Assembly: GCF_964204645.1 (NCBI RefSeq)
Contig: NC_134031.1
Location: forward strand, 3,782,001-3,846,000
Source: Tubulanus polymorphus
Taxonomy: Eukaryota; Animalia; Nemertea
DNA: 64,000 nt
Reading direction: 5' to 3'
Every line of letters starts with the position of its first letter. The stretch's first letter is position 1. Positions 51,375 through 64,000 of the stretch are shown one piece after another. The notes under the pieces are model-generated. The model searched no databases. It saw only the letters and a list, made by a program, of their open reading frames with translations, and had not been told where the DNA came from. The position numbers and the translations under genes are program-made.

Positions 51375-51512
51375 GAGTCGGTTGCATAGTTATGGCTTTG
51401 ACTTAAGACCAGCCTAAGACCAAGTTAGTTCTATAGCCAAACTAACAATTTAAGACCAGTTTTAAGATCTAAGTCCCCTTTTGGACTTAAGTCACGATTG
51501 TGCAACTGGACC
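51375..51512. mobile_element. 138-bp PIF/Harbinger-like MITE (CAG TSD), inverted relative to the copy at 27888
   Basis: Reverse-complement match to 27888-28025, same length, CAG on both flanks. Confidence 0.8.
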
Positions 51513-54500
51513 CAGGTATTATATAATAAAAACGTGTTGATAATCTGTGACTTAAAGATCGAATGATGAAAATTCAATCGGTTATTATCCAAGTTTCAAT
51601 TCAAACAACTCCTGATTTCCAAAAAGATCAACACCCCGTCATCAAAGAAATATCCATAAAAACCCAAGTACCGACTTTATTTTATCTCGGGGATGATTTT
51701 TAGGGCAGGTCTCGAACATATCAATGATTGTCGCCCCGTTCAAAATTATCAAACATTTAAATTCATTTTTCTGTATTAAACCGCTGCTTATTTTTGAGTA
51801 AGCATAAAATGGTATAAGTCTTTAAATCATCGAGAGGCCTCGGAACACACCGTATTAGCATGCCATCTTTTAGGAATAACCTTAACCATTTGTTATATAA
51901 CTCAAAACACCAAACGGAATTTCATTACGAATCGAAATCCATGAACGACATAAATCGTGAGTTAACTCATTTAAAAAAAAGCGTAATCAGTTCATGTGAC
52001 TGTGAATCTGAACACACTTCGAACAAATTTTTCAAGATGAAAAGTTCTGGAATGCTGATAAAACGCTCGGAGGGAAGAAACAAGGGAGAGAGAGAATGAG
52101 TGAGCGAGTGAAAGAAAGAGAGGGCAATCAAAGATAGTTGCCGTTACAATAAAGGTAACGCATCCTTTACGCAATTTCAGGATCATTAAACAGTTTTCGA
52201 GTGAAGAGAACAGCCGCAAGAGGAAAAAACTGACGATGATGACGACGACGATGATGATCCCCGAAAAAAACTTTTTCGAGAAAAGTTTCCGGATTATTAA
52301 CCGCGATTTCGGTCCATCGAAGCGCATTTCGAAAACGTTTAACGCGAATCGGTTCAAAGCTTCCCTCCCCGTCAAACGGGTGACACCGCGGGCGCGACGG
52401 TGAAACCGCGGCGAACGTGAATCGTCAAATTTTCACGATTCGCGATTATCGAGATTCGTATCGAAATCACGCGCGGAAAACCGTGATTCGTAAGTAAGTA
52501 AGCGGTATTAAACGTTTGATGAAAATTTCCGATGAACGTCGTCAGCGTCGTCCCGCGGGGCGCGAATTTTCCGGCCGTACGTTGATTATCAAACGGAACG
52601 ATTTTCACAATCGAACGATCAATGAATCGTGGCGCAACTGATCGTGAAAAACGAACGATCAAACCGTAAAACTCTGCGCTATCGATAATTCAATAAACGA
52701 ACCAATGCCAATACAGCAGTGGAACTGGCTGCGGTTTTTGATAAGTTGAAAAATTTCGAAAAAATACAGTGGCCACTTTCCGCCTTCTTGCAAATCGCCT
52801 GAGTTTTCCATGTAATTTCACAAAAATCCCTGAGAGAATCAGAGAAATTTCTAGGTTTAAAATGTTACAAGTCATTCATTTTTCATTGAATCAAGTACTG
52901 ATTAAGAAACAGGCTGTCAATATTCCCTGAGTTATCCGGGTTTTCCAAGTCGGTCTAAATCCTGAAATTTCGAAATTGAATTGACTGGCGACCAGTCCAG
53001 CCCCAATATTGATATCATAGAGCATGAAACAGATGGAAATCTATTACAAAGAAAATTAGAGCCATGAAATTTATTTGATTACAAATAAAAGCCAAAATTT
53101 GCAATCGTAATTGTTATTGCTGATTGAAATGCTGATAAATATTGACGACGTAGTGACAGTGCACATCGACTCGCACAGAACCCTTTAAATAATTCATACT
53201 AGGTATCAACACATGAAAAACATTATCATAACCTTTTTTACGGCGTCAGAAAAGTCTCGGCGGAAAGGTTAACTAATTTCGCGCGATCGTCGGAAACCGG
53301 CAGCGTGGAGAATATAAAAATCGTTCGTCGACACCGAACGGCGAAAGACAGTAACGCCGGGCAATTATGAGCTCGTGAAACTGAAAACTGGCCGCGTCGC
53401 TAAATTTACATGCGACCAATTTTCTTGCCAACTGAAGTGCAATGATCAGTCGCATCTATGACTTTAGTGTTTGCGATTTGGATTTTACGGTGTATTGAAT
53501 CGCGTCGGTCTCGATAGCCGCGCGATAATAGCGCCGGTTTGTCACCGATATTACCAATCATCGACGACGACGACGCCGAGCTCGGCGCACTCGGTGATGC
53601 CGTCGTCGCCGCCGTTCGACACGACAAAGTCATAACTGGAAAAAGATTTTTTCGCGATCAGTATTCATAAGCGAAATTCGAGCTCATGTTTTATGCACGA
53701 CGACGCAGACAAGTGACCATCGCCGCGACTTCGGCAGACGCGCGAAGAAAGAGCGTAATGTCGTCGAACTTCCAGCAGGTATATTTGAATCGAGCCTAAA
53801 AAAAAACATCGTCGTCGTCGCGAGCGAATTTACGTTTATTCGAAAGTCACGGCGACATCCTTACGATAATTCCGGTTTTGCCGGGAAAAGAAATGAGGAC
53901 TAAATTTCGTCTTCCGAGCGCGAGTCGTATTTTTGTCCAATCGGACCAATGAATAACAACATAGGGGAACGTTTTAATGCTATTCCAGTGTCAAATTGAT
54001 CCAGTCAACTTCGTTAAGAAAAAACCTCAAAGATGCAGTTGTAAAGGCCGAATGTTAACTTACAAATGCCATCCGTGATATTGCGCTAAATTGATCGATT
54101 AAAAAGCTTTTGACTCGACAAATTCACGAACAAACAATTGGAAAGTTTGGTCGAATCTCGATTGTTTGCTGCCTCTGTTGGTCTCCATAATTAAGCGTGG
54201 TGGATAAATGAACATCAAAATGAACGAAACTTCTGTTATTATTCATTCAATATTTGGGTGAAGCATGGATCTTTCTTCTTATCTTATGCCCATTGCTCAT
54301 CCTAGTGTATACGCCATCAACAAGTTATCTACAGTCTCTTCTGTCTGTTTTCAAGTAGATCCCGCAAGAGGCTAATGTCTTTGAGGGGTTACAGACTGGT
54401 ATAACCTTTAACCCGAGGGCTAACTCAATTCATTTTCAATTGAGTTAGCCCTCGGGTTTAAGGTAATACCGGTCTATAAAACCGGGCCGAGGTCTTTAAA

Positions 54501-55058
54501 GAAGATCGCTTCATCAGCTGTTCTTCGGGTCGTCCACGGTTTCTTCTTCGCGGAGGATTTTCTTTAGACCAAAAATAGCGGAACTCTGGATCTGGCGGGT
54601 AGGCGCGTTCGCGCCCAATGCACCCCATGGGTACAGGCACCCTCTACTCTAGGCCTGCTCTACCGAATAATGTTGGCACTAAAATACGTCTTGAATCATA
54701 AAGTCATTTGATCGGAGAATCAGTTTTCGAATGTAATCTACCTAAACGTCTGAACCTCGGTCTCCCGAATTCAATCTCAGGTAAATTACACGACGATTGA
54801 TTCTCTGAAGGCATTCGCCTCTAATTCCGTCACTAGCGTCAGTAAATGTCATCGATGGAAAAGTAAATACCCTTGTCCATCAGTTAAATGTCGTTGACCC
54901 TAACTTGACCAGAGAGGCTCAGCCCCGAAGATTAAATCATTAATTACCATCTCGAGAACTCTCCGTAGCAATCACGTTTCATAAGAGAGAGACCACCGAC
55001 CGACAATTTGTATAATTAAAATCGAAACTAGTCTACCGTGTCAGCCATGGCCGCAGCC

Positions 55059-55071
55059 GTTGCCTGGCAAC
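55059..55071. promoter_or_regulatory. RFX X-box
   Basis: GTTGCCTGGCAAC, palindromic X-box with a 1-nt spacer. Confidence 0.45.
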
Positions 55072-55892
55072 CGTCTGACTTGATCCGCGCAAATAAATAG
55101 GAAATTTCACATGCGAATGAGTCGTGGACGCAGCCAGCCGTATTAAAACTAAATTAAAATGGAAAGGCTTTCAGCGTCGCTGCACACGATCCCAAGTCAA
55201 CGATGGCGTTCGCTGCCGTCGCCGCCGATGACGATGAAAGACGTAAAGAATAATCATGGAAATGTGAAAAGTTTGCGCTTTGCTCGGTCGTGTGTGCAGC
55301 CGCTGAGCAAATGAACGTCGCCCACCGCCGCCGCTGAGAGAGAGAGAGGCAAGCAACTGGTTCGGTAAAAAAAAAAAAACTTCCGGTAGAAGAAGCATAG
55401 CGGCATTAAAATTAGAGACGTCTTTTTAAATCTTCTTGAAGAAATTTTTTTTTTCTTTTAGTTGAATTCGCTCAGTCCCTCGAAGAGCCATTTTCGTTCT
55501 GTAGCCAATCGAAGAAGTTAAGACGGGCTCCCTAGGGATCAGTCATTCCTGGGCATAAGGAGTTTTAATGGAGAAAATGTTCAAATTTTGAAGAAATGTC
55601 TGCATCACTTTCAACTATTAATGTAGACTCTTCCTAAATCGGTACTGTTAAAATCATTAATTCAAGGGTTTTTGTAAGTCATTTTGCGATTTAGGACACC
55701 ACAAAATTCTCATCCAAACACATAGAAAAAGCTCGGCATGAAATCAGCGCAGCATGAAAAAACCTATCGATTACAAAAATGATCGAAAATATCAACTTGA
55801 ACAATTATCGACGCCTTGGAAAAAGTAACGCAAATTTTCACAATCGTAATTGTTATTTCAAAACGCAGAACCCCTTGAATAACAATGCATAG

Positions 55893-56121
55893 TTCCGACG
55901 AATTAATTACGATGCAGAGCTTTTCACATTTTTAGTTCAGTTGAACTTTTAGAATATCGCATTTTCGAGGAAAACATGTTCGTCACTTATAAATAAACAT
56001 TTTTCTGAAAATTTCTAAAAAATTGCGATATTCTAAAAGTCAACTGTGAACTACAGATGTCGAGTTTACTTGCAACATTTTGAACGCCGAAAAGCTCGAC
56101 GTCGTAATTAATTCATCGGAA
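55893..56121. mobile_element. Degenerate fold-back element
   Basis: ttccgacgaattaattacga / tcgtaattaattcatcggaa and ttttagaatatcgca / tgcgatattctaaaa nested inverted pairs. Confidence 0.6.
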
Positions 56122-56613
56122 ATTCGAAACGTCTACCCTGGACGATACGCGACAAATTACTCCGTCATTTTTTCATTCCATCAAGAAAAAAGCGCAGATA
56201 TTTGATTACGACGATCAAGTACTTCGCGAAGATAATAGAGAAATGAAGAGAAAATGAAAGCATGCCGTGGCACTTAATATCGTCGAGGTATATATCGCAT
56301 TTTGTCAAGGTTGAGAAGAAACGTTTCGAGCTGATGAGAAAAGAGAAAATCGCGCCGCCAGAACAAATGCGAGCGCGCGCGCCGATGTGCTCGCGCTGCA
56401 CGGGTTCGTAATCAAGCATAAAAGATTATCATCACTAGAATAATAGTCATCTCACTCAATGCATTATCATCGGATTCAAAGCCAATAATTCTAATGGACA
56501 TTTCATGACTGTGTTGCGGTCGCGTATAAAAAACGCAACGAAAATGTAATCCGGAAGATTCAAACGATTTTTAAAGGAGATTTCACCGACATCATCGGTC
56601 TTTAACAGATTGG

Positions 56614-57050
56614 TCATGTGTTTTTGAATCCTGGTGGTTGCAATCAGTCTGTCTTTTACGTGCTGGTCTCTCATCAACCCAAAGTTCATGTATTTGAATC
56701 CTGGTGGTAGCAGTCAGTCAGTCTTTTACGAGCTGGTCTCTCATCAACCCAAGGTTCATGTATTTGAATCCTGGTGGTAGCAGTCAGTCAATCTTTTACG
56801 AGCTGGTCTCTCATCAACCCAAGGTTCATGTATTTGAATCCTGGTGGTAGCAGTCAGTCAATCTTTTACGAGCTGGTCTCTCATCAATCCAAGGTTCATG
56901 TATTTGAATCCTGGTGGTAGCAGTCAGTCAATCTTTTACGAGCTGGTCTCTCATCAATCCAAGGTTCATGTATTTGAATCCTGGTGGTAGCAGTCAGCCA
57001 GATTTCCATGTACTGGTCTCTCATCAATTCAAGGTTTGTGGGCTTGAATA
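56614..57050. repeat. 70-bp minisatellite, about 6 copies
   Basis: ctggtggt(a/t)g recurs at 56631, 56701, 56771, 56841, 56911 and 56981. Confidence 0.97.
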
Positions 57051-57889
57051 AGGTCTTTCGCCTTTTAGTAAAAAGAAACCATTTATTGATAGTCAGAAAA
57101 GAAGGCGGCGATTAAACCAAATAACGGACGAATATCAAACTCGTAATTTGAGACCGCAGGGATGTTTTTGTATCGGCAACGGTGTATGTAACTTAGGTAT
57201 CTAAACTTCCCACCGGTTCACGACACGGACTCGAGCGTCATACGACGACATCGCGGCATAGATTTCGACGAATACTAAATCAGCGAGACGTGAAGTCAAC
57301 AACGGACGTGCGCCGTAAAACAATCGATTAACGATAACAAAAATCAGCGAAAAGACACCCGAGAAAAGTCGAAACCGGAGAAAAACGAAAACGGCGAAGC
57401 GCGAGCGATATGGCGTGGAAAATCAACCGGAAATACGTCTGCGTCGAACGACACGCCGAGGCAATTCGGCCGTTAATGTCCCCCGCGAGAAATCAATTCG
57501 TTGCCGCGCCGAATTGGCGTTATCGAAAACGCCGGTCGTCGGGCGGCAGTCGTGTCCGAGCGTGTACGCGACGAGCGACCGTTACGCGGAACACCGCGCT
57601 TTACCGTGTACGCGGTAATCATGCGCGTTAAACGCCGTCGTGTAACGACGAGAATCACCGCGAAACGAACATCGTCGACGACGTGTCACGATTTCGCGAG
57701 ACACCGGTCCGCGCGTCGTCGTCGTCGTCGTGACGGTAACGGGCTTCGAATTTTACACGGTTGTTTTGGAAAAAAATCGTCGTCGTCGTTTGATCGAACA
57801 AGTGTGAAGCGACGCGGCGCAGAAATCAGACCGGTTCAGCATCAAACCCCGCTTGATTCAGATTCACGTCCGGTCAAAATCCGATGATT

Positions 57890-57964
57890 TCTAAAGGATA
57901 GATTTAGCGAAGTTAGATGCTATTGTATCTAAAGGATAGATTTAGCGAAGTTAGATGCTATTGT
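57890..57964. repeat. 38-bp direct tandem duplication
   Basis: tctaaaggatagatttagcgaagttagatgctattgt occurs twice. Confidence 0.9.
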
Positions 57965-58646
57965 TTTGCACGGTTAGTTGAGAAACCAATAATTCATCGG
58001 TTTGTTATTTACGCGTCTATGAGTACTATCTGACACTTATAGGTGTAACTTACAGTTTTGTAGAACCAGTCTATAGCAGCGAACACACGGATGTGATTTG
58101 GCCATGCCAGGCACGGATTAGACACCGAGTCAAGTTTGGCCCGTGCCTAATTTAGGTGGGTGCTCAAATGAAAACCACTCACTCGATACTAAACAATGCT
58201 GAAACGAAGTGATAGGAGTCACTTCCGGAACCAGTGGAAATTCAAACCCAATCAATTGACCCGTGCTAAAATTTGGCTTGGGCCTGGTCCGATGTCATTG
58301 ATTGGGCCAATTTTGAGCTGCGAATTAAACAAACAATTCTGTAAAATTGTCCGCCGATCATACAACAATATCTGTACTTTGATTTCCGATTTTAAAATCA
58401 AACCCCCCCCCCCCGTTTCACTCCCGGCGGGTGTGGTGAGTTTGTAAGGGACACTAAATCAAAACTAATCGAATGAAATCTACCAATTAGATAAATAACA
58501 GGGACAATCTCTTTCAATATCAAAAGCAATAAATAGAGCTTGAAAACTAACCTTTCAACCAATACTTTTGATATTGACGCAAACGTTTGATTTGATCGAC
58601 TTGCGCTCGATTGAACGAATAATCAATCGAAGAATGAATTGTTTAA

Positions 58647-58955
58647 CCCTTCCAGCGCGGCTTCACTGCGGTATAAAAATCGGTAATGAGCTTTGCCAGT
58701 ACACTGCAGTGCCATGTAATAATCAGTGATGGATTTTGCTAAAACATCATATCGTGGTGTATTGATGTCATTAGTAATTAGTTTTTATCTCTTAAAAGAT
58801 AGTAGCACCTGTCGAACGTACACAATACACCGCACCTCAGTGTAGACACACTACAGCAGTATATACCTGTTATCTAACTCAGTGGGGTGGAATTTCTAAA
58901 AATTTTCAAATTTCCACCAGCACTTTCGGGTATCAATTGATCAGCACTGAAAGGG
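58647..58955. mobile_element. piggyBac-like MITE
   Basis: TTAA|cccttccagcgc ... gcactgaaaggg|TTAA. Confidence 0.7.
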
Positions 58956-59619
58956 TTAATGCATCCGCCTGAAAATCAGTCGCGCACGAAACAAAATCAG
59001 AAGTTTCCACCGAAGTTAAGATTCAGGTGATAAACCGTAAAACGCCCCTCGAGAACGAGAGAGACGAGTGAGAGGCAATAATAACCTATCAACGCAACGA
59101 GTCTCCATTCCGTCTGCTCGGTCGGTCGGTCGTTCGTTATCGTTTTTCCGCCGATTTACTTCGCGACGAAGTCTTGCATAACTTTCCGTCGAGGTAAACT
59201 TGATTAACAGTTGTCGACGATCGACGCGGCGCGCGAGCTGCGAGCGGTTCCGATCGGGTTGATGGAGAGCGCGGCTGATTCGCGGTGGCGACGACGCAGG
59301 CGAGTGGAAACGCTCGGCTCCGCCGACGACGGCTGATTTTTACGAGCGCGCGCGAACGCCGCGCTGATAACGACTATGACGACGACGACGACAGCCGTTT
59401 CTAATGCCCTGGGACAAAAAGATAAAAACTTCCTCCCGAGGAGACTACGCGCAAAATCAAGAACCCATAAAATTTTCAACTGATAGCTCTCGCTCCTCGC
59501 ATAGCATTTTAACCGAGTGAACTACGCGGCGCGATGCGGTTTGCTTACAGATGACAGACCCGACAATCCATTGTGAAGACATCACTACTACTCACACCGA
59601 TTCATTTAAGCGTCAAACC

Positions 59620-59960
59620 TTGATTCTTTATTTAAAAAAAAAACAAAATACGCTGAATTCCACAAACAGTTGTTATCATTAGCATTATTATACGTTATAT
59701 TATCATAATCAATTTCATACTTTGCTTAACAATTATTGTCATTTTCATTATAACTATAATGAATTTATTACTATTATTCACATTTCTATTATTGTTATTA
59801 TTGTTACTATTTATCATTTTTTACTACTATTATCATAATTATTATTTTCATCATTATAATTATCATGTTATCTTATAATATCCATTGCTAATTGATTAAT
59901 TATAAGTACTTATATTATCGATATTAGTATTTATCATTAGTTTATACAACTTTGCTGAGT
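59620..59960. repeat. AT-rich low-complexity (TAT/CAT)n region
   Basis: Degenerate attattatc repeats. Confidence 0.8.
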
Positions 59961-60399
59961 ATGCTATGCGATAGTATTCAGTATTCTTGCATGTTAATTC
60001 TTGATTATCAATTTTTTGGGGCACCCCCCCCCCATCATTTGGTACAGTCTCTACACTCAAGAAATTCCATTTTTTAAATGTTCTATATTGTTATTATGCA
60101 AACCATATAATATCTATAGAGATATAAAATTCATTCATTCATTCAATTTTTCAGGGTGGCCACTTTCCCCTAATTTACAAGGACAATTTCCATTCAGCTG
60201 TTTGCGTCAAGCAGGTGCGGGTTGCGGGGCTGGAGGATGAGAGCGGACACATCTTTCTCGATAGGTCATGTAGACCCACTCGCGCCCGACGCAGAATAGC
60301 ATCATCATTTTCTGGGAATTCCCATTTCAAACGAGCCCCGATACAGTGAAGATTCTAAATTTCCACATTTCTGCCCGTTTGTGGAGACCCAACGCCTAT

Positions 60400-60851
60400 G
60401 GGAGCGTTCACAAATTACGTACCTCAAAATCTCCCGTTTTTCTGACCCCCCTCCCCCCTTGTACCACCTTTGTACCAAATTCACTGACCCCCTTTTAGGT
60501 ACGTACCATCGCACCCATGACCACCCCCCCCCCCCAATTATATTGATGCAAAGAACACAAATCAAAAAAAATATAAATACCTGATTTCATTAATGATGAA
60601 ACAAAAGAATTAAGCAAGTATTGTTGTTTATTGATTTTATATACCCGGTACTAAAAGCCGATAAAACACCAACGGCTATTTTCATTTGAGTTTGGTACAT
60701 AAAGTACGTACCAAGATTGATTAATACCCCCCTCCCTCAAAGTACGTACCTTTTTTGCTGGACCCCACCCCCTCCCCCCATGTACCACTTTTTACCAAAA
60801 TTCAGTAACCCCCTGCCCCTTAATGGAGGTACCTAATTTATGAACGCTCCC
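60400..60851. mobile_element. PIF/Harbinger-like MITE with a 3-bp TAT TSD
   Basis: tat|gggagcgttcacaaattacgtacctc ... gaggtacctaatttatgaacgctccc|tat; internal gtacca and poly-C repeats. Confidence 0.85.
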
Positions 60852-63283
60852 TATCCTCGCACCCAACACCTACTCTCACATCCGCCTTCACACTTTGGAA
60901 AACAAGCCTTAGGCAGCGTCTACTGTAGATATTCGAGTCCATTTCAAAGTGTGAAAATGTGAATAGTTCACGATAGCGATAAACAGATTTTAACAACCTG
61001 GCCTCAGAATCAAGTCGCTAATTCTAATAATTAACAGGTCTTTGGGGGTAGAAATCTGGCCATTAATATTTTCTACGAAAAATATAAACCTACGCACGAA
61101 CGAAGAAATTGACAGGTCAAATCAAGTGCAGTAAGGCGCAGTTTTCAACCCCACCAGTTAACACTTCAATCAAATTGCCCAAGACTCTGAAAGACCGGTA
61201 CCAGCTCAAGAAAAAACAATGGCAAACAATGGTAAACATAGAAAGATAAGTGGTATACATAAATAGTTAGAGGGATAGTAACTATTCACAGTGGAAACTT
61301 GTAGCAACAAACTTCAGGGGAACTTCAGAAAATATATTAGTTATATCCAGTATGACATGATTAACATTGTCCTATCCGAGATGAAATTCTAGGTTTGTAA
61401 TAAATCGTTATATTCTAGGTCAGGTCATCTTAATGTGGGTGCTATTTTGAAGAGGAACTTTGACAGGGTAGACAGCAAAAGCGCCCTCTACGAAGGATTT
61501 GGGGGTCCTTGCCTGAGAAAATTTCGAAAAAATTTGAAGCATGCATTCCCGTCAAATGTTAGTGAATATTTCGTATCACTAAGTCAATCAAATATTTTTT
61601 ACAAAATAGCAGAACTCGAACGGGATCTTGGAGGGAGGGGGTTACGGGGAAGCATGTTCGCACCCCCCTGGGTACGATGTATGTTTCAACAATTACAGAT
61701 AGCGCTAAGATAGTTAAAGCAAGTGAAATAGATAGCGTTAAAGATGGACACCGCTTAAATAGGCTATTAACCTAACATCGATGAAACGGTGAACTCTGTA
61801 TCCTTCATCTCGCCAACTAATCAAGCATAATTATTCTTTCGCTTCGGTACAGTAGCCACGCGTGCGCCGATGTTTTTAGTAGCCGGGTCACGACGACGGC
61901 GGCGGTCACCGCGGCCTGTACTCGACGCCGAGATTGGGTCGCGCCGTCGCGTTAGCGTGAAATCTCACGCCTGGTCGCGCGGCCGTCGCATAATCGCCGC
62001 CCGTTAACTACCGATCCCCGGGCGTTTATCACCCGACGAGCCGTAGAATTAATGAAAACCCGCAGTCGACGCGTACTCCGAGGACCCATTGCCATAACTC
62101 ACCGGAGTCGAGCGCCATAAAAACGCTTTCAACTTATTTATTTGCGGGTAGTTTGCGCGCGGCGCCGAGGGAGACGTAATGGACATCGCGCGACGCACCG
62201 GTCATTTGTCTCAATCCAATGACGCGTGAATGGGCGTTATTCGCGCTCATTAACGCCGCGACCGAAGGTGAGCTTGATTGATCGCGAGACGTGCGCGGTA
62301 AAACAATGACCATAACGAAGCATGCAAGACGGAAATTATGGACACTGATTGTGCCGACGCGATCTTCCCTCGACGACGACCACGACAACAACGCGGAGAC
62401 AAAGAAATGAAAATCACGGAATGCATCGTTGCATACATGCGGAGGATCCCGCGACGAAAACCCCTCCCCTCAAAACCGTACAAACCCTTAAACTGTAGAA
62501 ATGATTCACGTAGTGGAGTGACAGGCGCAAATCCATGGCTATAGTGACTACAGCACAGTGAAAAAAGGGCACCAACTTTGAAAAGGGCCAGTATTGATGC
62601 CCAGCGAGCGAGTTTGAGTGCCATTCATTGGTATCATGCCAGTAAATTTGCCTTCACATTCAATTCGCTCATTCCTTTTTTAGATTTTTGGCGAAATTTG
62701 CCCTTTTTTGATTAAATTTATAGAGCAACAATAATGTCTCTTTTAAAATAGTGCCCCTTTGAGTAAAAAAAAAAATGCCTTAGATTGCCTTTTATGATTT
62801 TGGGCAATTTATTTCATTCACATTTTGCTTTAGGCCTAGTACAGAAAAGCAATTATCTTTTATGGCGCACAAATTGTGTGCCCTTTTATTTTCGTTTTTC
62901 CCGAAACTTTTCAAGGGCATTTGAAAACTGCGACTACTGCACGTGCTGCATGTGCGATAGTCTGGATCCGCGCCTGAGTCAACTCGTACCCCCTTTCGAG
63001 TCTTAATGGTCCTAACTATGCTCAACTTTGGTCTTTATCCTGCGTAAGTTTCTTGACATTTCATATAGAGTCTCGCTGGTATTTACAAAAATAGAAAAAA
63101 AATTTCATTTAAAACCATCATCAGAAAAGGTGTTTCTTTCATCACAGAAAGCAGAAGTATATTCTTTAGCGTGTAGGCTATGATGGCCTATCTGATGTCG
63201 TAAAATGAATATTCACGTTTTTTTTGCCCAGATGATAACAGGACACATGGCCTCGATCCAAAACTCAAACAGGAAAAATAAGT

Positions 63284-63528
63284 TATAAGATAAAAACCCA
63301 CTATGTACAAATTATAAGAATTTAAAATCGAGAATTTATTTATTCGAACAATCTAAAATACATAAAATACACGACGTTTCGATCGCACCCTAGAGATCAT
63401 CGTCAGGTGTGAGATATTGACTAAAACAGGGGTACCGTAAATAAATTCTCGATTTTAAATTCTTTTAATTTGTACATAGTGGGTTTTATCTTATTGGGCG
63501 TTCACCACGTTTGTGTGGTTATCATACT
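63284..63528 (-). mobile_element. 245-bp Penelope-like fold-back element with a 15-bp TSD
   Basis: Arms 63285-63342 / ~63438-63494, a ~34-nt tail, and acaggaaaaataagt duplicated at 63269-63283 and 63529-63543; hammerhead core between the arms. Confidence 0.8.
63369..63410 (-). ncRNA. Minimal type I hammerhead ribozyme
   Basis: Minus strand ACAC-CUGACGA-U-GAUC-ucuagggugc-GAUC-GAAAC-GUC^GUGU: intact catalytic core, stem I ACAC/GUGU, stem II GAUC/GAUC, vestigial stem III, GUC cleavage triplet. Confidence 0.75.
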
Positions 63529-64000
63529 ACAGGAAAAATAAGTGTTTTTTTAAAAAGTAGTAGAGGTGAATAGCTAGTCAAAATGCAGGGACAAGTCATC
63601 CAGAAGAGGATATGAGTTGATCTACTACCGAAGAAATGGATTACGTCCCGAATAAGAAATAAGTCAGTAAAGCCAAGTGCGCGAACATCAAGAAATACCT
63701 CGCTATAGTAGAACCCGCTAAATTCGTATTTTTAAAACCGGATTTTCACTTAATTCGGATAAAATATTTGGTCCATTTAACCCGGAACTATACGTGAAGT
63801 ATTATTCATAATTCAGATTTTACTTCAGGAGAAATCTCGGCAGTTGCAATTCAACCAGGTGGCGCTGAATCCAGTGAATTCTACGGTACGAACGACGGAT
63901 TCACAAATGACAAGGGCAAGTGGAACAATTATAAACATCGCATATGACACCTCGATCACACCAACGCAGCAAAGCGACGCGAACATTTTTTTTCTAAATC

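Noticed and set aside
57410-57887. Cluster of Arg-rich ORFs in CpG-rich blocks (also ~30.2, 33.1, 38.8, 52.4, 62.2 kb)
   Set aside because: Expected from stop-poor GC-rich non-coding DNA; overlapping in several frames, with no domains or consistent splice chain.

Overview
Eukaryotic (animal, almost certainly lophotrochozoan) genomic DNA with three spliced protein-coding genes, which I reconstructed by hand from GT-AG boundaries and exon phases. (1) The 5' part of a cyclin L gene on the minus strand: four exons, continuing off the left edge. (2) A complete Cab45/SDF4 EF-hand gene on the plus strand, head-to-head with cyclin L and ending in HDEF. (3) A complete ~830-aa Pax-beta-type paired-domain transcription factor on the minus strand, with six coding exons and no homeodomain. 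The probable ~4-kb Pax 3'UTR, including its poly(A) signal, is tandemly duplicated (10147-14498 and 14499-19014). The remaining ~39 kb upstream of Pax has no credible coding gene. It is a mosaic of CpG-rich blocks, MITEs, minisatellites and microsatellites. Best leads: two candidate stop-containing 'poison' micro-exons in cyclin L intron 3; a set of ~245-bp fold-back insertions carrying minimal hammerhead-ribozyme cores (Penelope-like), one with its empty site visible in the duplicate copy; the whole-3'UTR duplication; and perfect RFX X-boxes in the Pax upstream region. No searches or folding programs were run.
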